The notes beneath the pieces were generated by a model. That model searched no databases, was not told the origin of the DNA, and was given only the letters and a program-made list of their open reading frames with translations. The translations under genes and the position numbers were made by a program. DNA of 62,783 nucleotides, counting the filler, from Sphacelaria rigidula (lineage: Eukaryota), in the NCBI GenBank assembly GCA_964200075.2. It is 7 parts of 7 records of this genome, joined end to end, with 100 filler letters (N's around TTAATTAATTAA, not from the genome) between each part and the next. Parts side by side here need not be neighbours in the genome. Positions count along the whole stretch, not along the records: positions 35,936 to 44,818 come from CAXNAA020009843.1; positions 44,919 to 53,801 come from CAXNAA020009844.1; 5 more parts are not named here. One strand, given 5' to 3'. This document shows, in pieces, positions 38,609 to 50,950 of this stretch; within the stretch, counting starts at the first letter, position 1, and each line of letters opens with the position of its first letter.

Positions 38609-40271
38609 CTGAAAACCCTCTTCCCAAACAACTACCAAGTTTTTGAAAAGCGCGGTGAATTCCGTCAAGCAAGTTCATCTCTCACCGCCAAACATATCCA
38701 AAGCGCGGTCGGGAGGTTCCGCTGTATTGTGTAGACACCATTGTGTTGGGGCGACGCGACAGTCCAAAGCTACACAATTGGTAGGGGAACTGAGCGATCA
38801 CAAACCATGTAGCAGACGCTCTTGGAGTATTTATTTTGTTGTGCATTGTCGGCGGGAACAAGTGTTCGGTAGTCAACGTTTGAGCGATCGTTTCGATGAC
38901 GAGGGAAGTGATCTGAACGTGCGTTCGGCCTACTCTCGCGGGGTCTTCTAGGTCGTCATTTCTGCATTGATCAATCTCTCATATCTGGGCACTTGTCGTG
39001 AGCGTACACCACTCGCGCTGAGGAGCAACTCGTCATACTTCGTGGTGGGGTCTCGAATATGATCCGGCAGTGACTAGCTATGCCCTCTGCTTTCTCTTCT
39101 CAGGCTCTGCGCCAGGTTAACATTACATTTTTTTTGCGGCTACATACGAATGACTTGTGTGCCTCTCGCGTGCCATGAGGTGCTTCACCTGAAGGCTGTG
39201 CAGACATGACACTGGGATGAGTACGCAGATGATTTTGTCACTCACGAGCTGCTCACAAGCAGCGCTGGAATTCATGCTGGTCAAGACTCGCTCGGGTTCA
39301 CGGCGACCTGTTCAATGTCCAAGTGATGCGACGAACCATCGCGCTGTGGAAGATAATCTGCGATCAGTACTATATACCGTACAGTATGCACAAGACTCGT
39401 TTCATGATAGCCGAAGAAAAGACAAATACCTCTTGGAATCAGACATATCTGAGCAACTAACTACGAGATGGCCCATTGAAATACATACGATACCTGTAAA
39501 AGCCATTTTTACACTAAACGCCGAAACCGTAGCATGGGAACAACGACCACCACGACCACAATCATACCATGCGTACTCACATGGGAAAATAAATACCCGG
39601 AAAAAAAATGAGGTTTCCCCGAGATGACGAATCAGAGCCACCCCACAGCACTTAAAAAAACGAAAAAAATAACCCACAAAACCTGGAGAGGATGGATGAC
39701 GACACAGGTGACTGCTGGAGTAATCACGCCGCGAAATGTCACACATCTACACCACCCGCTTTAGCAGTCCGTCAGTCAATATTTCTGAATTTATACAGCA
39801 TGAAAATCCGATCCCCACATGTATCGAGGTAGTGCCGCATATCAGCACACACCCTGCTAAACGAATGCCTTCGACTTCGATCACTTCTTGATTCTTTCAA
39901 GAGTCGGTGTCGACCAAAAGAGAACGTTATGTATCTACATCACCGTCTTGCGGGTTCTCCGCACACGGCGTAAAACATCGCCGTAACCCAAACGTTTTCC
40001 CCATCACTATCTCCATGGAATGTGCTCTCATTTCCTTAAATATGTAGCTCGACAGGTCTCGAACCGTTCGTCATCCGGCACACCATTCGTTGGTACCCTG
40101 CCCCCCCCCCCGCGTCACCCCAGTCTTTGGACAAGGGGCACCCAGAAAAGTCAAGTGAAGCCAGGAATAACAGGGTTTTTCGTAGGGATATAAAAAATTA
40201 GGCATCTCCCCCCCCCCCATTCTGACCCCCACGAACCATCACCCAAAGCGTCCCCAACACGGTAGACGCAC

Positions 40272-41360
40272 GCCGCCAACCGGGTTGTGCTGATCATCGG
40301 CTGCTGCTGCTGCTGCTGCTGCCACCATTGCCGCCAATGACTGCCGCGGCTCAGCCGCGGCCGATAGCGGCGGCGGTGGTAACCGCTCAATCTCTCCGCA
40401 CCTTACACGGGCGGCGGCAGCGAAGAGCTCCGCTTCCCGGCGCACTTTGATGAGCGCACGCAGTTCGGGCGTGGGGCGGGCCTTGAGCTTGGCGAAAATC
40501 TCCTCGGCCTCTTCCTCTATCAGCCGCGCGATGCGCTCGCTGCCCACGACATCGGAGCTACTTGTGCTGTTGCTGCTAATGCACACTCCCGCGTTATTTT
40601 GCCCCCCGCTGCTCCTCCCACCCCAGCCGACACTGCCGCTGCTCCTTGAAGGCGAGGCTACAAGGGCCCCGACGCCCACCTCGACCGCAGATTCTCGGCT
40701 GCCAGGGGTAGTGCGGTGTGTTACCCGTACCACCTGGGGGTGGCGGCGGTGGCCATCAGAATCACAACCAATTACGACGTCAGCGCCGCATTTGGAAGCA
40801 ATCGCGTGAATGGATTCTTCGGGATCCTTGATGTCATCACTGTTGCTGCAGTTGCTATCATTATCGTGCAGTAATGCATCCTGCAATTTGCGTCGTTCTG
40901 ATCTGCAGGAGCTGGGCGAAGTTGTCGCGCGTCCCTTCCCCCTGTCGCTGTCGATACTGTTACTGTTGTTGCTCGTCCGACTTCCCTGTCGGTCGGTAAC
41001 TTGGCCGCCCTCTGGGTGTTGTGTCATTGCAACAGGCCTGCTAGCAACGACATCGGGCTGTTGCACGCGTCGCCTGTGATCCTCCTCACCGATGGATTGA
41101 CGCGACTCTGCTGTCAGCATTTCTTCCAACCGCAAACGTAGGGTCATCACCTCCGCCGCGAGTCTCTGATTTTCGTTCAGCAGCCGCTCCTCCAATTGTA
41201 CCCCTTCTCCTGTGTCTCCCCTGGCCAGCTCCGGCGACACACACAACGATTGCATCGCCTGGTGCCGTCGGTGCTGCTGCTGCTGCTGCTGCTGCTGCTT
41301 TTGTTGTTGTTCGCGGAGCACTATTGCCTGGACGCTCTCTCGGGCTTTACAGAGTTCCTC
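40272..41360 (-). CDS. large exon of an uncharacterised coiled-coil / poly-Gln / Ser-rich protein
   Basis: cgtcag|GAG GAA CTC...GGC GGC|gtgcgt, 1089 nt open (alternatively reads through to the stop at 40239); heptad-like LEERLLNENQRLAAEVMTLRLRLEE. Confidence 0.75.
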
Positions 41361-41661
41361 CTGACGGATTGAAGAAACAGTTGTGTTTTCGAGTATTCAT
41401 TGGGGTTGTCGGTCGAGTTGTTGCTCGTTGGGATGAAGATATATTTCTGTGTGTCCATACCGAAGAGAATGTTCCCTTGGGCCACAACAACCCTGTCCCC
41501 GGTTCTGCCGACTTACGCCACAACAACCAAGAGCTATCGTGGAACCGCGGTGCATCATACAGAACGTTGTACGAGATCAGGCCTCTTCCACAACCAATAC
41601 TAAATATCCCCGGGGACACCAGACAGTCGACAATATGCTCAATTTTGCACTTTATGCCTAC

Positions 41662-41823
41662 CTCCTGCTGCACCGATGCAACAGCGGCAGCGCGGCTCAA
41701 GCTCATCGTCTCTTTCAGCGCCATCCTCTCGGCATCCACCCTCTCCTTCAGCGACCGCAGCTGCAGCTCGCCCGCATGTTCCATGTGGTCGAGCGTTTGT
41801 CGCAATTGCGGAGACACCTTCAA
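41662..41823 (-). CDS. upstream exon of the same coiled-coil gene
   Basis: tctcag|TTG AAG...CAG GAG|gtaggc, 162 nt phase 0/0; LRQTLDHMEHAGELQLRSLKERVDAERMALKE. Confidence 0.75.
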
Positions 41824-44571
41824 CTGAGACCCAGGTGCAACGGCGGGGTAACGGCGAGGAACAGGGGAGGGCATGTCAGGTTAAGAGTTTGTGCTTTCCA
41901 TGCGCATATTCATGGCGCTGGGTCGTGTGATGAATGAAAAGAATAAAATTGATACAAGACAAGGAAAGAGCAGCGCCAGAGCTCATCACGTGACCCCTCG
42001 TCAGAACGCTAGTCTAGGCTGACGCGGCTTGATTTCACAGCGCGAGCGGGGGGTGTTGGTGAAATAACGTGGGTTGGCCGTTCCCGGCTGACGTGGGGGA
42101 ATCGTACTGCGTGTCAGTGTAAACTTGTCTTGATATTATTTCTGAGTGGTGACGACAGGAGCAGGCACGGGCACCAATCGATGTTCATCGGCCCTACAAA
42201 GCACAGTGCAGGGGTGTGAGTCTTTCCGTCTATTGGCGGCTCTGCCCAGGAAATGTAAGGAGAGGAACTTCCCGCCGCACAGCGATGTGGTCTGTTCGGG
42301 TTTGTCGCAGCCGCGGGAAATGGGTCTGACCACAGCGTGAAAAATCGACGAGGAGGTCGTTCCTCGTTCATCGCTTCAAACGGAACAGTTGCACCCATGA
42401 CATTTGGGCGGGTTCCATAAAAACTTCCAAGTCGCCCAACTAACATAAGTAGTAGAGTTGATTTGAGTCGTACATGGTTGTGGGTACCATACACTTATTT
42501 TGCCGGTATTGCACATCAAATGACCACCGCAACGCGTGGAAGTTCTTGGGGGGGGGGAGGGGTCAACTGTTGTACACAAAATATTTTTTTACCGAAGTTT
42601 CCGTAAAAAAGTATCGACACAAGAATCTCCGAACGCCGCACGGCAGGTGCCGAGTGCAACATGGCGGAGTTGCGCCACTGCCTACCCCCTCCTGGCCTGC
42701 GAGGGGACGCGGTCGGAGGCAACAATAAAAATGCCAACTGGCTTTACTTGCATGTCTTCGGAATCGTGTTTGATTCTAAACCGTAAGCAATGGCACTTTT
42801 GAACATGAAATCGATGCTGAACAAGGTTTAGAAAAAGCATATCCCCGACAAAATTCCAACATATCATGGAAATTCGTGCCCCTTGGTTCAACGAAGAAAA
42901 AAAACAGGGGAATAAACGCGTCGTCATACTCTAGTACACCGCCCCCAAGTCCGACGCAGCGAAGCGGCCTAGAAATGCGCCAGAAATGTAGCAAAAATAC
43001 GCAAAAATATTTCCTGAATATTATTACTAGTCCCCTGAGTTGCCCGGAGAAAAAAATTAAAATATACATATTCTGCAGTATATATGTGTCGTCCCGTGGG
43101 GGAGTACGCTATTTTGATGTCAAGTTCACCAGCGACCACGGGACACGCAAGCACTCGCTCGCAAAATCGACTAACTTCACCACATGTTGGTTACGTTTGA
43201 CTATTCATGCCCGGTCTCGATTCCACCCCAGTTGTGTGTGCGTGCCACGTCGATGATGAACTGCAAGCGGTACCGTTCAGGACGGGGCCAACATTTGGCT
43301 GCGATTAATTCCACCTTCACCCCGCAAAATGATGAAGAAGGAGAACAGAAAATGGCGCGATCGAGCGACGTGAGCACGGTTATCAAAATCTGTCGTGGTG
43401 TCTATCCCTGCTCTAAATCGTCGTCATACAGCTGTACAGCAACTCCAAGCGTGCAGGAGAACACACTAGAGTACTGTACAGGCTGGTTCACACGCATCAC
43501 CCAAAACTAACTAATCCGGAAATGTTTGAGCCAATTCTTGGAGTCAGACTTTGACAAATTAAACATTCAATAACTATGGAACATGACGAAATTGTGTATG
43601 AATGAGGTCTTTGATTTTTTTGTCGCCATATATCCAGGGTCGGTCCCGCGGTCACGGGATCCCAGGATCCTGGTGAGCCTCATCCATAAAAGGCTTAGTA
43701 GCATCCCCATACATATGTGTGCAAATTTGTAGAGTCTGACTGCACAAACCAGCGTGAACATTCGCGTTTCTGTGCGACAAGTTGAGCTTGGAACGTGCAA
43801 ACTCACAACTACTTGATTTTATTATGAAAACGTCTTTGTCGGGTATGTTCTACGTTAACGCAAAAAAAGTTGAATCAGGTTTCGAGTTTCACAATCAAAC
43901 CTTTACACATGTTCCTTGACGTACCTCCGAACGACGCAGTTTTTCATCATTTTTTGTTTCGAGGCATTTTGTACCTACTTCGGGGGGTCTTTACACTGGG
44001 ACCCCCGGAAGCCGATAAAGAGGGGAGAAAATTCGAAATATTTTTCCAGCGATACATTTTTTCGATTGGCAGCACCAATACTTACCGAACAGTCAAGATT
44101 GAGGGCGGCCAGAGCTTTTGCACGACATATACAAGGGAAACTGTCAGGAGGCTTTCGTCTCATGTGCGTATGATCCGCGGAAATCCGATGTAGCCGAAAC
44201 CCCACATCACCGAATCACCACGGTTTGGGGTATAACTTGATCCCAAATCGTTTCAAACCTGTTTCCCCGTCAGATTCCCGAGCTGATGGCGGTTGCTTCG
44301 AATTGAAACAGTTGTGGTGAGTGGCTAAAATTGGGTAGGGAATCCGTTTTTTCAATTTCAGAAAATCTGAAGGGCGCTGATTGATTGACGTACCTTTCCG
44401 CCCTTTGCGCCACCGCTGCGGCGTCAAACGAGGCTTCGGCTGGCACGTTCTTCGTTTGTTGATTGCGGTCAATACAATACAATGCATGCGACTATTGGGT
44501 GTGTAGTGCGGAAGGTATTTGCTGATGACACAGTTTTGGGTGTTGAGCGTGAACCAGCCTTTACCGATATA

Positions 44572-44745
44572 TGTGTGTGCTGTCGTCCCATCTATTCTGG
44601 ACGCCGGTCTACACCTTTCGGTACATGTGGGCGCACCAGCCGGGGTCACACGGGAGGAAGGTCAACACAGGAGCTCTATCTTTTTTTGTTTTTTGTTTTT
44701 AGTACCCCGCCTTCCTTCTGCGGTGCTTGCCTTTATTTTTTTGAG
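44572..44745 (-). mobile_element. SINE family A, 3' half
   Basis: aligns by eye with 36470-36630. Confidence 0.8.
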
Positions 44746-44818
44746 CAATGGCCTAGAAAAAGGTATACCTTCTCGTTTTTTTCCCAAGAAAGGTACGAAA
44801 AATGGCCAGACACGCGAA

Positions 44819-44918
44819 NNNNNNNNNNNNNNNNNNNNNNNNNNNNNNNNNNNNNNNNNNNNTTAATTAATTAANNNNNNNNNNNNNNNNNNNNNNNNNN
44901 NNNNNNNNNNNNNNNNNN
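44819..44918. other. artificial contig linker
   Basis: N44-TTAATTAATTAA-N44. Confidence 0.97.
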
Positions 44919-44920
44919 CC

Positions 44921-45033
44921 TACTGATTATCTTGCATTTGGATGACAGCCTACAATGAGTTGCTTTATTATCTGGTATCGCCACTTCCCGAGACAGTCAC
45001 AGCTTATACACTGCCTCATGGGTGCCTCACCAT
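44921..45033 (+). repeat. interspersed repeat, second copy at 54796-54907
   Basis: TACTGATTATCTTGCATTT...GACAGCCTACAATGAGTTGCTT...CACTGCCTCATGGGT shared by both copies. Confidence 0.8.
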
Positions 45034-45799
45034 ATGTGTGTTTGTGGGGGGGGGGGGGGGCGTTTTCATCGGTTTGTGAAACCAGGCGCAAACTCGCAAA
45101 TGGGGATGCCCTTACCCGTACTCTTGCGCGGGTGGAATCGTTGGGAGCCCCGGAACAAGACGAGAGTTAGCGCCATACGGGCGCCGTTACCGCAGCATTG
45201 CCTCTGTGAGAATGCACTCAGTTCAACTCAGTGCTATTTTATGTGTGCGTGTGCATATCGAGCATGCACCTTCTGTGTCCTGTCGCGAGCTTTGCATCGG
45301 GTTATTAGGAGCCAAGTGGTGCTGTGACTTTATCTCACCGGGAGGGGCACGTGCTGCGGTGGTGGTGGTAGTGGAGCAATCCCAGGACGGTGAAGATTAT
45401 CACGAGCTTTCACCGATTTGTTGTCTCGATTGGGTTGATTCCAGTCACTTTGTCTGTCAGCTGTGTACCAGGGGCAGCAGGTAATCGAGCGAAATAAGCA
45501 CAGGGGCGCCCCATGGATAACCCCAAGATCACCCGGTTTGGCGACGGCGGGGGAAGAGGGAAGGGATTCAGCTTGGTGGGGGCGAGTAGTGAGTGCAATA
45601 GGTATCTGGTGATCATTTCCTAAATGTCTTGAGTCTTTCGAAGCATGCACGTTCTCCGCGGTGCTACCAGATGTCGAAAGACACAGACACCCTCTCGCTT
45701 GTAGGATGTCAATGCCATCTGCAACGTTTGCTTGCGTGTTGACCGATGAATGGGGTGCACGACATTTGTTAAAGCTACCGAGTGGGAGTCGTGCTTACC

Positions 45800-48700
45800 T
45801 GTCGGGCGAGCATACGTTCATGGTGTTTTGCTGTCTAATACATGCTGATGTACTCACAAACTCGTAGACGGTGATCACGTCGAAGGTGAATGGATGTGAG
45901 CACATGGACGCATGTGGCAACTGCTTCCACCCCATGTCGAACTTCGACTTGTTGCTAAACCGGGCGTTTTCTTCGCCAGCCGGCCCTGGGCTTTGTTGAG
46001 GTTTACGGAGTTCGCCCCCACGAGAGAATCCTGGAACACCTCGTGATATGCGGTATCCATCCAGTCGAACACGTCTCCACTCTCCTGCGTGTCCCTCGCG
46101 CGCAGACGACGGTCGATGAGCGTATAGGAGTGAGATGCGATCGCCACACGGGCGTCGGCCAAGTGCACCCACCTCACAGCTTCCTTTGCGAACGCCATTA
46201 TTTGACGTTGCCGCCATTATACCAAGGCTATTTTTGTGTTGTGACCATCGGCAACGATGCCCGCCTGGGCGTCACCATCTTCGTGGGGTGTAGACTTGCC
46301 CCCCTCAGTGTCCCCGCCGTCTTGATGGGGTGAAGACGGCTCCCCTTAGGACTCTTGCTCTCTCCTCAGGTCCCACTGCAATTCGCGGGCGATTTCCACC
46401 AGTTGGTCCGACGATTCCGTGCCGCAGTGCTTTCCCTCGCAGAACGTGGACGCCACGTCGTGTGCGAGGTGCAACGCCTTTAGTGACCGGACGAAGTTCA
46501 TCACCTGTGTATTCACGCCTTCGTCCGTGATGAGGGAATGTAGTGTGGCGTTGCATAAGCAGCGCCTATCGAGGCCGAAGAGGAAGCTGTAGGCGTGGAG
46601 GTTGAGCAGCGACGATCCTGGGTCGTGCTGCGGGGTTGAAGGCACATCAGGGTCAATGGCGAGGCGAAATCACATTGTGATCGAAGGGGACATGTATCGC
46701 GAGGTACTGTTGTAGATTTGAGTGGAAACGCGTCAAACGTACATCGCACGGCTCGGTTGGTTCAGCAGTGTGCCGATAAACAGGTGTCGCCATCGCGCGT
46801 CGGCATGTTGATATGAAATGCATTTATTTCCAGGTGTGTATTTCACCCGTGCTCGACCTTAGGTCACCGAATTGATTAGCGTTACAGGGTCACCCACCTG
46901 CTTCATTCCTGTCTCTTCTTCATGCGTGAAGCGCTGCATCAGAACATCAGCCAGCGGCCAGTCGTCGTGCAGAGCAATCGCGTATACCAGCGTCACGAGG
47001 TAGTGAAGTTTCTGAGAGGGAGTCTCATCAACCGGTTTCCCTGCAGAAGTCAGGACGCATTTAAGCAGATATTCTTTGACGGGTACTAAGCCGACGCCAG
47101 ATGACGTTCGCCTCATCTTTCTTCTTCTTGTTGCTTGTCGGCGGATTCTCCCATGGCTTCGACCTCCATTTTTCGTCTCCCAGCAAGGTGCCCAGTTGCT
47201 CCGGAGTTGTCAATTTCGTCTCTCAACGACGCCTGTTGGATAATGGGTACCAGAATCCCGATCGCCGAGCTCATGCCCGGTTTCTGTCATCGGTGCCAAA
47301 CACGCGTGACAGAATCCATGACGGGCATACGCGCTTACGGTTATCATATGCCGCAGGGAGTGGTACCGTACTGATGGCGATCTGTGCTCGTATATCTTCA
47401 GGATATGAGACAATCGTTGGCGCCCGTATATCCGCCTCGATTCGCGGGATTCATTGCGTGTATTGAGGGGTTTTGTGAAGCGGCTGTTCGTCCATGACAC
47501 GAACGAGATTGCTTTCAAGGTTTGTTGTTGTTTGCGTTGAATGTTGGCAGAGTGCAAACGTATAGATCTGGTTTCATTAACCGGTTGTTACTGTGTGATG
47601 CCCGGCGATTCAGTTATGTCTGCGGGTGTGCCGTACGTCAGGCCACGCGATACACCGTGAGCGTCTCTGCGTGAGTGTGTATGCACCCCCGTCCGTGGCC
47701 ATCGTGGTCCATTCCGTAAGGTTTCATACACAGGTTGATATTCCACGACGCGCAGGACATCTTTACATTTTGTTGCGGCGTATATCGTACGCAGTCGGGC
47801 GAGATGTGGTCAGTGTTTGGGCGACTGCACGCATCCTTCTCGTTGACCGCTATTACGTGTGGACCGGTTGCTGCTATGAATAATCGGTTGCTCTTTGGTG
47901 ATGTGCAAAACCAGTGTCATTGACCTCGTTTCATGTTTATGTACACTCGCGGGACACAGGTAGCGTGCGCGCGAGTGAATTGTTGTCTCGCTTGCTTTCT
48001 GGCAAAGTGAACAAGTAACAATGGAAGCCATACATCGGCTGTTACTCCGTGAAGCCCTGTCTCGAGCGTTCGCATGGTTGCATGCATCCCGGCTCATGGC
48101 CTGCGTGATGTCTATTGTTTGTTTTCATATTCCACTGGATGGTCTGCGACGTGCGGGACATGGATGGCGTATATACTTTTCTGGGCCCTTTGTACTCTGA
48201 CCGCAGGAATGTGGTCAGCGTTCGCGTGACCAGTTTTATTCCGGGTACAGGTCGCGAATATGTGCATCGGTCCGTTTCCTGAATCGGCGGTCATACGACG
48301 ATGCGCTGGAAATGGCTCCTTGTTATCCCATGAATGTGAGGTGTTAATGAATCCAGTAAGTGTCAGCGGCGGGCGCACGGTATTGTTTGCGTCGGTACAT
48401 GGTAGACTGCAGACGTATAGAGCTGGTTTAATGAACTGGTGGTGGTGATTCTGTGATGCCCGGCAATTCGGTTGCGTCTATGGGTGCGCTGTACGTTACG
48501 CCGCGATATTTCGTGCGCGTCTCTCCGTGAGTGTACATGCACCATTGTTCAGGTCCACTCTGGTCCATCGTGGGTGCTTTCATACGCCGGTTGATGTCTG
48601 ACGACCCGTAAGATGATTCATTTCTCTTGCGACGCATGCTGTCCGTTCACGAGAGAGACGTGGTCAGCGTTTGGATGACAGCATGCATCCTGGATACTGT

Positions 48701-50950
48701 CCGCTAGAATGAGTGGTGGTTGCTTGCATGATATATATGCATGTATGTTTCCGCTGGGCACATGAGACATCGACCGCAGAAATGTGGTCATCGTTCGCGT
48801 GTGGTGGTATTCGTTCTTGCTACGGGTCACGAGGGTATGTGCACTGGTCTGTCTCGTTAGTTGGTCTACATCCTATGACGCGCTGATAGTGGGTCATTGT
48901 TTCCCACGTGCAGCGTAAACGAATCCGGGGAATGTCCGCAGCGGGCGCACGATACCTCTTGCGCGGAATTGTGGCGGAATGCCAACTTATATTACTGGTT
49001 TCATAAACCATCGTGATTCTGTCATTGCCGGGAATAATGTCTCCGGGTGTCCTGTAGGTTGGGCTGTGATATGTCGTGATCGTCTGCGTGAGTGTTTGCA
49101 TCCCCGTTCATGTCTATCCTGACGTGTACAGTAATGTTTCATACACCGGTTCATGTTCAGCGACGCACATGATGCCCCACTTATCTCGCGAGGTATATTG
49201 TACGTGGACCAGAGGGATGCGGGAAGCGTCGGTGTGACACCATGTGTCCTGGATTCTGGCCGCGCTGAGACGTGAACTGCTTGCTTTCGTGAACCATCGG
49301 TTGTTATCCGATTACGTGCAAGAGAAGTGTACATGTTTTACCGAGATCGATTTTATTAACCTCTGTAGGATCTCGGTAGCGTGCGCGCGAGTGTTTTTGT
49401 GTCGGTTGTTGGCATTCAACGTGTTAGAATCTGGTTTCGTAAACCAGCTGTTCCTGTGTCGGTTGGTGCCAGTCAAAGTGTTTGAAGCTGGTTTCATAAA
49501 CCAGCTGTTGCTGTGTCGGTTGGTGCCAGTCAAGGTGTTTGAAGCTGGTTTCATAAACCAGCTGTTGCTTTGCGAAACGTGGCAAGTCTTTCGCGTGCAT
49601 AATTCTATTCTGGGGAAATGCGCGAATAGTCGCGAGCGCGCGCGCGATAGTACGCAAGTCGGTTCATGGCAGTCTTCCCGTATTCCGTGGATTTCGCCTG
49701 TCCTCTTGCAGGGAGTAAAGGTCTCAAATCACATTCGTCAAATTGTCGTATGTGTTCCATCGTTGTGATGAGGGTGCGGATGAACATCTGTCGCGGGATC
49801 CGACGGTGGGTTTGACTTGTTCCGAAATTGATACGTTGACAATGCCATTGGTTGCTACTCAAGTGTGCTACAGTGGCATCGGATTTATTATATTTGGATC
49901 TTTTCGATGCGGCTAACATCCGGGTATGTTCCCGGTGCATATCTCCAACGAGGACCACTTGTGTGTGTGCAACCACCCGCCGAAAAGGTGTGCATGATCG
50001 CAAATCTGAATTTTTAGCGGGTGTTTCTTTCCAAGCGTCACCTTTGACAGCTCCTCGGCTTTGTGCTGCTCGTGACCGATGCGCCTGGCTTCGTCGTGAT
50101 CCATGAAGTCGTAAACCCTCACGGATATTCCCGGGTGGTATTCTTGGGCCGTCTCCTCCATGATGTGTCTCAACTCGGTTATCTCTAGTTCCGTGGGGCA
50201 CGCGCGGGTGGGTGGGTGCAAGCGAACACATGTGTAAATACTCTCAAACGAGTCATAATATGTGACATGTGGGTGGCCCTCTGTTCTCTGTGACACGTTC
50301 GCGGTGGGCGCCACACTCCGTCACGAATACATTTGCATACCTGTCGTGCTCGGTCGAGTAGTATTGTCGAGGACTCCGGTGCAGGACTGCGGGAGGTTGT
50401 AGTCGTCGCTGTAGACCATCATAAACAACGCGCTCCGCGTCTGGCCTTGGATGGAAACGAACGACGGCTTTTTTTCCCATAAAAGTCCTTGGCGGGGGGC
50501 CGAATCGATCGATGTCCTGTGATTACGAGCGCCCGCAACAAAAAACATAGATGCTGTTCAGCATGGGATGACATCCTCGCTTTGGTATGCTTTCATGATT
50601 GAGTGATTGGTTGATATATTATCTCACAGTAGCTGATTGCGACAATCCAGCCCGTGGTCTGGTGGTTTTATGTGCTGCGATCATTCAAGTGGTGACAACA
50701 ACTTGCAGCCCCGCGGTGACGCGAAGTCATCGGCGGACGGTATTTCATCATCGCATCCCATCTCGGTATGCGATATGAAAAAAACGGTACATATGCCGCG
50801 TGCTCACGACCTCGTGTACCTGCCCATCCGCCCACTGCTTCTCACCCACATAGTACACTTCATAACCTCAGCCCATGACGCCGCGCTCCTGGCCAGTAGC
50901 GGCTTGATGGCCACTTCAAACTTCTCCAGCGCTCGGGTATGACGGTGACT
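45800..50950 (-). pseudogene. decayed intron-poor coding-like region (large transposon or endogenous viral relic), unidentified
   Basis: co-oriented series of broken minus-strand ORFs with protein-like composition and repeated domains; no diagnostic motif firmly recognised. Confidence 0.4.
49398..49570. repeat. 57-bp tandem repeat, 3 copies
   Basis: TGTGTCGGTTG anchors at 49398, 49455 and 49512. Confidence 0.9.

Noticed and set aside
40447..41079. Plus-strand ORFs overlapping the coiled-coil exon, and most other short ORF-track entries
   Set aside because: Antisense shadows of GC-rich exons, or chance ORFs in repeats and introns.
49398..49570. CRISPR-like array
   Set aside because: Head-to-tail units with no unique spacers, no cas genes, eukaryotic context.
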